Assembly (NCBI GenBank): GCA_044866005.1
Contig: JBIOTN010000140.1
Location: forward strand, 1 to 37,861
DNA: 37,861 nt
Source of the DNA: Candidatus Rokuibacteriota bacterium
Lineage (GTDB): Bacteria > Methylomirabilota > Methylomirabilia > Rokubacteriales > DASRDR01
Direction of reading: 5' to 3'
Shown here: positions 27,916 to 36,151 of the stretch, piece after piece
Numbering within the stretch: position 1 is the first letter of the stretch
Layout of the letters: each line of letters starts with the position of its first letter
Made by a program: the position numbers and the translations under genes
Notes under the pieces: generated by a model
Seen by the model: the letters and a program-made list of their open reading frames with translations, nothing else
The model's database searches: none
What the model was told of the DNA's origin: nothing

Positions 27916-27998
27916 GGAGGTGCCCGCGGGTTGACGGCGCCCCGGCGGGCCGGCGACAGTAGCGCGGGCTCGTGCCGAGTTCCCGAGGGAGGGCTCCG

Positions 27999-28280
27999 AT
28001 GTTCACGCTCGCCGCCGTCGGCTGCGGCATCCTGCTCGGCTTCACGACCGCGCAGCTCGCCGCGCCCCTGTACTGGCGTCTCCTCGCTGCCTGGCCGTTC
28101 GGGCCGGGACGCCTCACGCGGTGGCTTCTCGCTCTCCAGCGCCGGCTTCTCGTCGCGACGGGCCACCACCCCTATCTCGTCGCCTGCGTGGAGGCGCTCG
28201 AGCGGGCACCCGACCGTGAAGCCATGTCGGCCGCGCGAGCCCGCGCCCGCCTCTGGTACGCCCTCCGCCGCCGCCGCTAG
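27999..28280 (+). CDS. Hypothetical protein with N-terminal hydrophobic anchor
   Basis: RBS GAGGGAGGG before ATG 27999; GC-typical codon use. Confidence 0.55.
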   Translation: MFTLAAVGCGILLGFTTAQLAAPLYWRLLAAWPFGPGRLTRWLLALQRRLLVATGHHPYLVACVEALERAPDREAMSAARARARLWYALRRRR

Positions 28281-28329
28281 CGCGAAGCTCTCGTCCCGGC
28301 GAGAGACTCCGCCTCGAGCACGACTGGCC

Positions 28330-28403
28330 TCCGCGCGGCGGCTTGGCCGCCGCCACGGCGGGGGGGCATCGGGGGGGTCTTCCGAGACCCCCCGAAAGAT
28401 CTA
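28330..28403 (-). repeat. Palindromic element family 1, copy E
   Basis: Minus strand TAG-atctttcggggggtctcggaagacccccccgatgcccccccgccgtg-GCGGCGGC-CAA-GCCGCCGC-GCGGA. Confidence 0.9.
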
Positions 28404-29096
28404 GGCCACGGCGCGGGCAATGGCGAAGGCCACGGCGGCGGCGATCCCGCCGATGAGCAGCGTCTGCGCCGCGCTCCGCACGGGACGCGTGCCCGTGAAG
28501 CGGCCCTTCACCCAGCCGAAGACGGAGAGCGCGACGGCCGTGATGACGGCCGACAGCGCGAGCGCCGCCGGCGGGTGCCCCAGGGCCGCGTAGGGCGCCA
28601 GCGGGATCAGACCGCCCGCGACGTAGGCGCCGCCGATCGTGACGGCGCTCCGCAGCGCCCGCTGCGGGTCCGGCCGCTCCAGCCCCAGCTCGAACCGCAT
28701 CATGAAGTCGATCCAGGCGTCCGGCCGGCTGCGGAAGGCCTCGACGATCGGCGCGCTCTGCTCCGCGGTCAGCCCGTACGCGCCGAACACCTCGATCACC
28801 TCGGTCGCCTCGACGTCCGGCTTCTCCCGCACCTCGTGCGCCTCCCGCGCCCGCTCGCTCGCGTAGTGCTCCGCGTCGCTCTTCGCCGCGAGGTAGCCGC
28901 CGAGGCCCATGGCGATCGAGCCCGCCGCGACCTCGGCGAGCCCGGCCGTCACGATCACGCCGGTCGTCGCGACGGCTCCGCTCAGTCCCGCCGCCAGCGC
29001 GAAGGGGACCGTGAGCCCGTCCGACATCCCGATCACGATGTCGCGGATCACGGCGCTGGCGGTGAAGTGGCGCTCGATGTGCGGCGTCTGCGGCAT
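28401..29096 (-). CDS. VIT1/CCC1 family Fe/Mn transporter
   Basis: True start [11 protein letters not shown] at 29096; [45 protein letters not shown]. Confidence 0.93.
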   Translation of the reverse strand: MPQTPHIERHFTASAVIRDIVIGMSDGLTVPFALAAGLSGAVATTGVIVTAGLAEVAAGSIAMGLGGYLAAKSDAEHYASERAREAHEVREKPDVEATEVIEVFGAYGLTAEQSAPIVEAFRSRPDAWIDFMMRFELGLERPDPQRALRSAVTIGGAYVAGGLIPLAPYAALGHPPAALALSAVITAVALSVFGWVKGRFTGTRPVRSAAQTLLIGGIAAAVAFAIARAVA

Positions 29097-29134
29097 GGTC
29101 GGCCTCCGGGCGCGGGGGGTGGGTCGGCCCCCCA

Positions 29135-29143
29135 ATCTTAGCA
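29135..29143 (-). promoter_or_regulatory. Extended -10 promoter for the VIT1 gene
   Basis: Minus strand TG-c-TAAGAT about 40 nt upstream of ATG 29096; GGAGG RBS follows. Confidence 0.55.
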
Positions 29144-29157
29144 ACCCGGCGGGCCCG

Positions 29158-29540
29158 TCAGGGGACCAGGCGGAGGAGCCGACGGCGCCCTTGTCGATGG
29201 CGCGGACGATCGAGTGGTCGACGAGGACGTACGCGCCGGGCACCTCGACCTTGAACTCGACGATCGCCGAGCCGCCGGCGGGGACGAGCGGGGTCTGGCC
29301 GTTGCGGTTCGGCTCCCGGCCCACCGCGCCTTCCGGGTAGACCGCGCCGAAGATCTCGCCGATCGCGTGGAAAGAGGACACGAGGCTCGGCCCGCCGTTG
29401 CCGACGTAGAGCCGGACGTCTCGGCCGACCTTCGCCGTGAGCGCGCGGTCGCCCGTCAGGGCTCCGACCGCCCCGCTGAAGACCACCTAGTCGGGCTGCT
29501 CGGCGCGGGCCTTCGCCAGATCGAAGAGTTGGTGCCCCTC
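29158..29540 (-). pseudogene. nirK: Remnant of a second copper nitrite reductase (C-terminal domain only)
   Basis: Translates [27 protein letters not shown]...GNGGP.L.SSFH.IGEIF...VDHSI.RA.DKGAVG. In-frame TAG at 29487-29489 where intact NirK has Tyr; apparent frameshift after GAVG; 5' half absent. Confidence 0.88.
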
Positions 29541-29630
29541 TGGCCGCGCATGGCGAGTCCGTCCAGTCACGGCGTCGCATGCGGGCAAGTCCCTGGCGCA
29601 AACGTCCGGCCACGTGGGGGCGGCCGGCTC

Positions 29631-30563
29631 TCATGAGCGCGGGGCGGTCCCCGGCGCCAGCGTCCCACCCTCCGGCCGCGCGCGGCCGGCGCGGCGGCGC
29701 GCCTCGGCTGATGCCTTCCAGATCAGGACGGGCACCGTGGCCGCCCGCAAGACCTCCTCGGCCACGCTCCCGATGACGAATCGGCCGAGGCCGCTCCGCC
29801 CGTGGGTGCTCATGGCGATCAAGTCCACCCCGGCCTCGCGGGCATGGCCCAGGATGACGTCGACCGCCAGCCCTTCGCGGACCGTCCACTGGACCCGGAG
29901 CCCCCGGGCCTCGAGCGACGCCGCGACCTCGGCCAGCCCCGCCTCGGCATCCGCCGTCGCCATGCGCAGGAGCTGGGCGGCGGATTCGACCGACGTCTCG
30001 GTGGCGGCGTACGCCGGGAAGGGCTCGATCACCCGGAGCAGGGCGATGGTCAGGTCGAATGGCCCGGCCAGCCGCGCCACGATCGGCAGGATTCCCCGGG
30101 ACAGGTCCGACCCGTCGAGCGGCACCAGGATTCGCCCCATGGTGCCGCGCGTGGGCGCGAGCGGGCCGCGAACGAGGAGGACCGGCACGGGCGCCTTTCG
30201 CACCAGGCTCTCGGCGACGCTCCCGAAGAGGACCCGGCGCAGGCCGCCGCGGCCATGGGTGCTCATCGCGATCAGATCGACTTCGTTGAAGCGGGCGGCG
30301 TCGGCGATCGCTCGGTCCGGCTCGTCGTACCAGACCTTCCATGTCACGCCGGGCAGCCCGCGCCGGCCGAGGTCGCGGGCCATCGCGTCGAGGTACGCCT
30401 CCGCCTCTTCGCGAACCCGGACCTCGGCCTCGACCGAGCCCTGGGAGCGGAGCGCCCGCACCAGGAGCAGGGCCGCCCCGTGATCGCGGGCGAGCGCCTC
30501 GGCCAGGGGCAGAATCGCCTCGGACAGCCGGGATCCGTCGAGCGGCACGAGAATCCGGTTCAC
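29631..30563 (-). CDS. Universal stress protein (tandem USP domains)
   Basis: Two copies of RILVPLDGS...DLIAMSTHGR.GL.R...GSVAE..R...VPVL. Confidence 0.95.
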   Translation of the reverse strand: MNRILVPLDGSRLSEAILPLAEALARDHGAALLLVRALRSQGSVEAEVRVREEAEAYLDAMARDLGRRGLPGVTWKVWYDEPDRAIADAARFNEVDLIAMSTHGRGGLRRVLFGSVAESLVRKAPVPVLLVRGPLAPTRGTMGRILVPLDGSDLSRGILPIVARLAGPFDLTIALLRVIEPFPAYAATETSVESAAQLLRMATADAEAGLAEVAASLEARGLRVQWTVREGLAVDVILGHAREAGVDLIAMSTHGRSGLGRFVIGSVAEEVLRAATVPVLIWKASAEARRRAGRARPEGGTLAPGTAPRS

Positions 30564-30566
30564 GTC

Positions 30567-30794
30567 TCACCTCCCTGCAGGACGTCCCTCTGCCGCACCC
30601 GGTGGAGGGGGCGACGGCCGGTCGGCGCCGACACAGGGCGTCCCGCACGTGGGAACGCTGAGGGGCCCCCCGAACGCCGTGCACGTGAAGACGCCGAGCG
30701 GCGTCCGGCCGTCGGTCAGGTACTCCACCGTGACGCAGCGTCGACGCCATGGGCAGTAGCGCTCCGTCCGCAGGACCCACGGCAGCGTGGCCAT
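30567..30794 (-). CDS. Small 4-Cys protein of unknown family (soluble paralog)
   Basis: RBS GGAAGGAAGG; YCPW-x-CTAF-x-PTCGxxCVG motif shared with the upstream ORF. Confidence 0.75.
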   Translation of the reverse strand: MATLPWVLRTERYCPWRRRCVTVEYLTDGRTPLGVFTCTAFGGPLSVPTCGTPCVGADRPSPPPPGAAEGRPAGR

Positions 30795-30824
30795 GACCCC
30801 TTCCTTCCCGGGCCGACGGCGCGC

Positions 30825-31133
30825 TCAGCCGCGCAGCACGTCCGCCACCGTGCGCTCCCCGAGGCCCTCCCGGCCTTCGCCACCGACGCACATCCGTCCG
30901 CAGGTGGGACTCGACTGGTCGGCGAAGGCCGTGCACGAGAGGACCCCGATCGGCTCGCCGCGGTCGCCGGTCAGGAACTCCGCGGTGACGTCCCGGCGGG
31001 CCCACGGGCAGTAATAGCTCAGAGTGAGCGTCCGCACCGTGCGGGCCAGGAGCACCGCCGCGATGACGAGCAAGAGGAGCGCCGCGAGCCCCACGAGGAG
31101 CGTGGCCAACCAGGAGAGTGCGACGCCGCTCAT
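30825..31133 (-). CDS. Small 4-Cys protein of unknown family with N-terminal TM anchor
   Basis: RBS GGAGGAG before ATG 31133; hydrophobic helix, then YCPW..CTAF..PTCGRMCVG. Confidence 0.8.
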   Translation of the reverse strand: MSGVALSWLATLLVGLAALLLLVIAAVLLARTVRTLTLSYYCPWARRDVTAEFLTGDRGEPIGVLSCTAFADQSSPTCGRMCVGGEGREGLGERTVADVLRG

Positions 31134-31206
31134 CTCGGCTCCTCCCCGCCGAGCCCCGGGCGCCCGGCCCCGATGCCATCCGATCGTTGAGAGCCGCCAG
31201 GCAGGT

Positions 31207-31222
31207 TGCACCGACCGTGCCA
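31207..31222 (-). promoter_or_regulatory. Sigma-54 (-24/-12) promoter
   Basis: TGGCAC-GGTCG-GTGCA on the minus strand, 74 nt upstream of ATG 31133. Confidence 0.7.
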
Positions 31223-31284
31223 CCGAAGCTCAATTCACGAGGCGCCGCATCCAGCAAACTGCGGGGAATTCCGGGAGGATGTGC

Positions 31285-31322
31285 CGGGGCACTCGCGCCC
31301 CAGGCGGGGCAGGGCCGCCCCA
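31285..31322. promoter_or_regulatory. Tandem palindromic sites, putative enhancer (bEBP) binding
   Basis: CGGGGCA-CTCG-CGCCCCA (31285) and CGGGGCA-GGGC-CGCCCCA (31305), 20 bp apart. Confidence 0.65.
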
Positions 31323-31685
31323 TCGGCCGTCCGCGTGCGCCGCCGCGTGCATCCAGGAAAAGGGGCCTCCGGAGCGGACGCCGCGGGGTGGCACCTCCGG
31401 CGGACGCGTCCCCACCATAGCCGACGACCTCTCGGAAACCACACGCCGCCCCGAAATCCCCGGCGCCGCCGCGACGTCCGAGCGACGGATCGGCAAACTC
31501 GTCGTAACGACAGGGTCTCCTGGAGGCGCTTGATGGGGCCGGGCCCGCTGCCCAGAAGGAGGCTCCGCGGGCGGGTCCACGCTCGCGGGCCGCGAGGAGG
31601 TCATCGATGCTGCACGTGGCTGCGTCCGGCAAGCCGCCTCGAGCCGGCCGGCCGGCCCGCCCGAGCGTCCGGACTCGGCGCCCGC

Positions 31686-32714
31686 TCAGTGCCCGCTCAT
31701 CCGCGCCCCGATGGCCGGCGTGAGCGACCGGAAGATCTCCGGTCGCTCCGGCCCCGTGACGATCAGGCTGCCGAGCGCCCCCTTGTCCATGGCCCGCGAG
31801 ATGCTGTGGTCCACCAGCAGGAATCGCCCGGGCAGTTCGACCGTGAGCTCCACGATGGCGGCGCCCCCGGCAGGGATCAGCGTCGTCTGGACGTTCCGCC
31901 GCACCTCGCCGCCGATCGACGCCTCGGGGTACACCCGGTCGAAGATCTCCCCGATCACGTGGAAGGACGAGATCAGGTTGGGGCCGCCGTTCCCCACGAA
32001 CAGCCGCACCGTCTCACCGGCCCTCGCGGTCAGCGCGCCCTGGCCGAGGAGCGCACCCATGCGGCCGTTGAACACCACGTACTCCGGCCGCTCGTCGCGT
32101 GCCTTCTCGGGGTCGAACGGCTGGTACCCCTCGGCGCCGGTCCGCCCCTTCGTGTAGAACTCGCCCTGCATGACGTAGTACTCGCGGTCGACCGGAGGCA
32201 GGCCTTTTTCCGGCTCCACGAGGATGAGGCCGTACATGCCGTTGGCGATGTGGATCGGCACGTGGGCGGTCGCGCAGTGGTAGACGTACAGGCCGGGGTT
32301 GAGCGCCTTCCACTCGAACACCCCTTCCTCGCCCGGCATGATCTGCGTCACCGCCGCGCCCCCGCCGGGACCGGTCACGGCGTGCAGGTCGATGGAGTGC
32401 ATGTTGCGGCTGGCCTTGGCGTTCGTCAGGCGGATCTGCACGGTGTCTCCGACCCGCACGCGGACGAACGGCCCCGGCACGGTGCCGCCGAAGGTCCAGA
32501 ACGTGTACTCGACGCCGTCGGCCAGCGACCCCTTCTGCTCGGTGCTCTCGAGAGCCACGATGATCTTCGCCGGCCCTGGGCGGTCCACCGGCGGCGGGAC
32601 GAGCGGCGGCTGCGTCAGCACGGCGGGCGTGGTCTGCGGGGCGACGACGCCGACGGATACCTGCAGCGCGAGCGCCGCGACCACGACGAGGGCGAGCACG
32701 AATCGCGAACGCAT
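31686..32714 (-). CDS. nirK: Copper-containing nitrite reductase (AniA-like clade)
   Basis: Signal peptide; [21 protein letters not shown] (T1 Cu), [15 protein letters not shown]. Confidence 0.95.
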   Translation of the reverse strand: MRSRFVLALVVVAALALQVSVGVVAPQTTPAVLTQPPLVPPPVDRPGPAKIIVALESTEQKGSLADGVEYTFWTFGGTVPGPFVRVRVGDTVQIRLTNAKASRNMHSIDLHAVTGPGGGAAVTQIMPGEEGVFEWKALNPGLYVYHCATAHVPIHIANGMYGLILVEPEKGLPPVDREYYVMQGEFYTKGRTGAEGYQPFDPEKARDERPEYVVFNGRMGALLGQGALTARAGETVRLFVGNGGPNLISSFHVIGEIFDRVYPEASIGGEVRRNVQTTLIPAGGAAIVELTVELPGRFLLVDHSISRAMDKGALGSLIVTGPERPEIFRSLTPAIGARMSGH

Positions 32715-32716
32715 CC

Positions 32717-33187
32717 TCAGGCTCCTTTGGGTTGACAGATGTCCCGGGCGGGCGCCTGGTGCACGGTGAGCACCGGGACCGGGCTCGCCTTCACGACCGC
32801 GGCCGCCACGCTGCCGAAGAGCAGGCGCGGCAGTCCCGTGCGGCCGTGCGTGGCCATCACGATCACGGACGCCTCCTGCCGCGCCGCCTCGGCGCGGATC
32901 ACCTCGGCCGGGTCCCCGATCGCCACGCGTGTGCGCGTGCGCAGCCCGTCTTGCTGGGGGACCGCGGCGATCTTGGCCAGGTAGTCGATGGCCTCGCGAC
33001 GGTGGAGGGCGACGGCGTCGTCGGCCGTCATCACGACGCGGCCCTCCGCCACCAGCGGGCCGAGCGGCGGCACCACGCGCAGCAGAACCAGCTCGAGGCT
33101 CCCCGCGCGGGCGAGCACTTCCACCGCCGCGAGCGCGACCTCGGCCAGCGCCGAGCCGTCGAGCGGGACGAGGACCCGGCAGCCCAT
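32717..33187 (-). CDS. Universal stress protein (single domain)
   Basis: [33 protein letters not shown]...PVPVL. Confidence 0.93.
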   Translation of the reverse strand: MGCRVLVPLDGSALAEVALAAVEVLARAGSLELVLLRVVPPLGPLVAEGRVVMTADDAVALHRREAIDYLAKIAAVPQQDGLRTRTRVAIGDPAEVIRAEAARQEASVIVMATHGRTGLPRLLFGSVAAAVVKASPVPVLTVHQAPARDICQPKGA

Positions 33188-33194
33188 TGCCGGA

Positions 33195-34184
33195 CTAGTG
33201 CGCGGCCAGGGGCCGGGCCGCGGGGCGCGGAGCCGTGCCGGACTTCCCGGACGCGCGGGCCTCGGTCACGACCGGGACCAGCAGCCCCCCCGGGTAGGCG
33301 CCGTCGTTCGTCACGTGCGGAACCACGTGGCAGTGGAAGAGCCAGAGGCCGGGCTCGGTCGCGGTGAAGACGAGGTCGTACCGCTCGCCGGGCCCGATCA
33401 GCAGGGTGTCCTGCTCCTGCGGCACCTTCACGCGGCGGCCGTCCCGGTGGGTGATCACGAAGGAGTGCCCGTGGAGGTGCATCGAGTGCGCCTGATACCC
33501 GACGTTGAGCATCCGGACGCGGACACGCTGGCCCTGGGTCAGCCGGATCGGCGCCACCGCGGGGAAGGCCTTGCCGTTCACCGTGAAGTAGTTGGCCTGA
33601 TGGATCATCGCGGGATGCGCCATCGCCTCGTGCCCGCCCTGCTGGTTGACGTACCAGTCGTCGAGGAGGAGGACCTGCTCCTGATCGACCCGCGGCTCGC
33701 CGCGCTTGTCCCGAGGCTCCACGATCAGCACGCCGACCATCCCCATGTCGATGTGCTGGGGCGAGTTCACGTGGCAGTGGTACATGTGCGTGCCGGGCGG
33801 CCCGGCCACGAACTCGTAGACGTGAGTCTCGCCGGGCTTCACCTCGAGGTGGCCGAGGTGCCCGTAGGCCACGCCGTCCATGTCGTTGGGGACGTTCAGG
33901 CCGTGGAAGTGGAGCGTGTGGTTCGAGGTGTGGTTGTTGGTGAAGCGCACCCGCACGAGGTCACCCTCGGTGACGCGGATGACGGGCCCGGGGACCTGGC
34001 CGTTGAAGGCCCAGGCCTGGATCCTGGGCCCGCCCGGGTAGAGCTCGTGCTCCGTCTCGGCGACCGCGATCGCGAACTCCCTCACGGGCCGCGCGGGAGT
34101 CGCGAGGGTCGGGCCGACCCCGGTCAGTGTGACGAGCGCAGCGAGCGCGACCACGAAGCTCAGGCGCACCGGGCGTGACGTCAT
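33195..34184 (-). CDS. Two-domain multicopper oxidase, secreted
   Basis: Start MTSRPVRL at 34184 with GAGGAGG RBS; FNGQVPGP, HTLHFHG, YHCHV..HIDMGM, HSMHLHG, FHCHVVPH. Confidence 0.9.
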   Translation of the reverse strand: MTSRPVRLSFVVALAALVTLTGVGPTLATPARPVREFAIAVAETEHELYPGGPRIQAWAFNGQVPGPVIRVTEGDLVRVRFTNNHTSNHTLHFHGLNVPNDMDGVAYGHLGHLEVKPGETHVYEFVAGPPGTHMYHCHVNSPQHIDMGMVGVLIVEPRDKRGEPRVDQEQVLLLDDWYVNQQGGHEAMAHPAMIHQANYFTVNGKAFPAVAPIRLTQGQRVRVRMLNVGYQAHSMHLHGHSFVITHRDGRRVKVPQEQDTLLIGPGERYDLVFTATEPGLWLFHCHVVPHVTNDGAYPGGLLVPVVTEARASGKSGTAPRPAARPLAAH

Positions 34185-34236
34185 CGGTTCCTCCTCGGTG
34201 ATGGGCGGCGACGGCGTCGCATTGGCGGCCAGGCAC

Positions 34237-34252
34237 AGCAAGCACCCTGCCA
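34237..34252 (-). promoter_or_regulatory. Sigma-54 promoter for MCO-usp-nirK
   Basis: TGGCAG-GGTGC-TTGCT on the minus strand. Confidence 0.75.
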
Positions 34253-34316
34253 GCGGCTTCTGCACCGTATTCACGCAGGGTTCCGGGAGTCGGCCGCGCG
34301 ACCGACCGCACCCTTC

Positions 34317-34334
34317 TGGGGCACTGCCGCCCCA
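34317..34334. promoter_or_regulatory. Palindromic site, putative shared enhancer of the divergent sigma-54 promoters
   Basis: TGGGGCA-CTGC-CGCCCCA; half site TGGGACA at 34348. Confidence 0.6.
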
Positions 34335-34443
34335 GTTGCCCGCCCGGTGGGACACCCGGTCGCGCGGCCCGCGACGCCACCCCGCGGCGATCGCCGCGAG
34401 ACCTCGTGAATCCGGCCGCGGGGTTGCACGACAGCGCGCGACG

Positions 34444-34459
34444 TGGCGGGTTCGTTGCA
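34444..34459 (+). promoter_or_regulatory. Sigma-54 promoter for the membrane-protein operon
   Basis: TGGCGG-GTTCG-TTGCA on the plus strand, 47 nt before ATG 34507. Confidence 0.7.
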
Positions 34460-34506
34460 TCGACCCGAACGCGGCCCGAGGCGCAACTCGGGGGAAGGAG
34501 ACCGTG

Positions 34507-35124
34507 ATGAAGTCGGCAGCAAATGACGACCTCCACCTGGAGGAGCGCAGGGAGGCCTCGACGGCCTCGCTCATCCTGGTCGTGGCCGTGCTGATCGGGA
34601 CTGCGCTGGCCTTCGTCCTCGCCACCGCCCCGTTCGCGGCCCTCGTCGGCCCGGGACGCGGGGCCATCGCGGCGTCGTTCCATGGAGTCGCCGCGTTCCT
34701 CTACCTCTTCGTCGGCACGATCGGCCTGTACCTGGCCTGGCGGCTTCTGACCGGGCGAATCCGCGCGTTCGCGGACCTCCAGCTCCTGGCGACGGTCTCG
34801 GCGACGCTCGCGTTCCTGGCGATCGTCTTCGGGAACTGGCTCTACATCTACTACCGCGCCAAGGACCCGGCCAGCCCGCGGTCGTATTTCCTGGCCACCA
34901 TGCCGGCGATCCACAAGATCTTCTTCGAGTTCAAGGAGTTCGCGGCGCTCTTCACGCTGCCGCTGACCGTGGTCGCCGCGTTCGTCCTCTGGTACTACGG
35001 CGCGCAAGTGCTCGAGCGGCGGTGGCTCCGGTACACCGTGGCCGTCGTGCTCGGGCTCTCGTTCTTCTATCTGGTAGTGGCCTTCGGGCTCGGCGCCGCC
35101 GTGACGAAGCTGAAGGCCGCGTAG
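34507..35124 (+). CDS. Uncharacterised integral membrane protein (about 5 TM) with helix-borne His residues
   Basis: RBS GGAAGGAG; FHGVAA, GNWLYIYYR, IHKIFFEFKE, LGAAVTK. Confidence 0.8.
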   Translation: MKSAANDDLHLEERREASTASLILVVAVLIGTALAFVLATAPFAALVGPGRGAIAASFHGVAAFLYLFVGTIGLYLAWRLLTGRIRAFADLQLLATVSATLAFLAIVFGNWLYIYYRAKDPASPRSYFLATMPAIHKIFFEFKEFAALFTLPLTVVAAFVLWYYGAQVLERRWLRYTVAVVLGLSFFYLVVAFGLGAAVTKLKAA

Positions 35125-35143
35125 CGGCGGGAGGAAGCTAGCG

Positions 35144-35548
35144 ATGGGTGCGACGATGACGCAGGAGAGGCGCGAGGTCGAGATCGCCTGGACGCCCGGG
35201 CGGCCGACGATCCCGAGCGGCGCCGCCGTGGCGGCCCTACTCGCCGCGCTCGCGGGTATGCTGACGCTCGCGGTGGTGAACGTGGGGACCGCGGCGTCCG
35301 ACGCCTTCAACGCGTGGGTGCACTGGATCGGCAAGCTGTGGATGCCCGGCGCCGAAGGGATCGGGCCGTATTCCGGCAAGGAGACGCTCGCCCTCGTCGC
35401 CTGGATCGGGACCTGGGTCATCCTGCACCCGGCGCTCCGGCGGAAGGACCCGAACGTGGCCCGATGGCTGGTGGTGTTCCTGGTCGGGATCGGGATCGCC
35501 ACGACGCTGATCTGGCCCCCGGTGTTCGAATACCTCGCGGGGCACTGA
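35144..35548 (+). CDS. Uncharacterised membrane protein (about 3 TM)
   Basis: RBS GGAGG; SGAAVAA, GIGPYSGKE..W..LH, IWPP. Confidence 0.8.
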   Translation: MGATMTQERREVEIAWTPGRPTIPSGAAVAALLAALAGMLTLAVVNVGTAASDAFNAWVHWIGKLWMPGAEGIGPYSGKETLALVAWIGTWVILHPALRRKDPNVARWLVVFLVGIGIATTLIWPPVFEYLAGH

Positions 35549-35578
35549 GGGGTGACACCGCGAGAGGGAGGACGAGCC

Positions 35579-35950
35579 ATGAACCGTGCGCTCGTGATCG
35601 GGCTCGCGCTGGCCGTCGCGACGGCCGGAGTCGCCGTCGCCCAGATGGGCCAGCCGGGGCAGGCGCCGGCCGGGCCGGGCGCCATGCCGGACCAGATGAC
35701 GACGATGATCCAGCTGATGGCGACCATGCAAGACCGGATGGCGAAGATGCAGGAGCAGATGGCCCGGATGCAGCAGCACATGGGCCAGATGCCGCAGATG
35801 GGCCAGATGCAGGGCGGCATGGGCGGCATGATGGGGCAGATGCAGGGGATGATCGGGCAAATGCAGCAGGTGATGGCCCAGCACCAGGAGACGATGAAGC
35901 GGTTCTGCCCCGCGACCACGGGGGCCGACGCGCCGAAATCCGGGAGCTGA
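35579..35950 (+). CDS. Secreted Met/Gln-rich helical protein, possible copper binder
   Basis: RBS GGAGG; signal peptide ending AVA-Q; 22 Met in the mature region. Confidence 0.75.
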   Translation: MNRALVIGLALAVATAGVAVAQMGQPGQAPAGPGAMPDQMTTMIQLMATMQDRMAKMQEQMARMQQHMGQMPQMGQMQGGMGGMMGQMQGMIGQMQQVMAQHQETMKRFCPATTGADAPKSGS

Positions 35951-36025
35951 GGCGCGCCCCCAGCCCGAGGAGCCCCGCCCGCCCGCGGCCGCGCTGTCTC
36001 CCCCCTTTCCGCCGACGGCCTCCGG

Positions 36026-36063
36026 TGGGGCGGCCACGCCCGGGCCGGGACACCGGCGCCCCA
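36026..36063. promoter_or_regulatory. Tandem palindromic sites, putative enhancer
   Basis: TGGGGCG-GCCA-CGCCCGG (36026) and CGGGACA-CCGG-CGCCCCA (36046), 20 bp apart. Confidence 0.55.
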
Positions 36064-36135
36064 CTCCGCTCGCACCCCTCACGGCTCGGTTCCCGATAAC
36101 CCCACGCCAGCACGCCGTGGGACGCGGGTCGCACG

Positions 36136-36151
36136 AGGCACCTCGGTTGCA
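36136..36151 (+). promoter_or_regulatory. Sigma-54 promoter for usp-birA
   Basis: AGGCAC-CTCGG-TTGCA on the plus strand. Confidence 0.7.

Noticed and set aside
28401..29486. 361-aa NirK-VIT1 fusion ORF
   Set aside because: The upstream part is a nirK remnant that begins after an in-frame stop; VIT1 has its own promoter, RBS and typical N-terminus at 29096
31230..31604. 124-aa ORF between nirK and the 4-Cys genes
   Set aside because: No recognisable features, and it overlaps the enhancer-like sites; more likely regulatory DNA
32733..32746. FNR/DNR-like box TTGAC-AGAT-GTCCC before nirK
   Set aside because: Second half-site is poor, it lies inside the usp coding end, and it is too close to the nirK start
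35690..35900. CAGATG-rich repeats as a DNA repeat element
   Set aside because: Explained by Gln-Met codons of the Met-rich protein
33961..36075. Cys/Ile-rich antisense ORF (CCICPIIPCICP...)
   Set aside because: Reverse-complement artefact of the Met/Gln-rich gene
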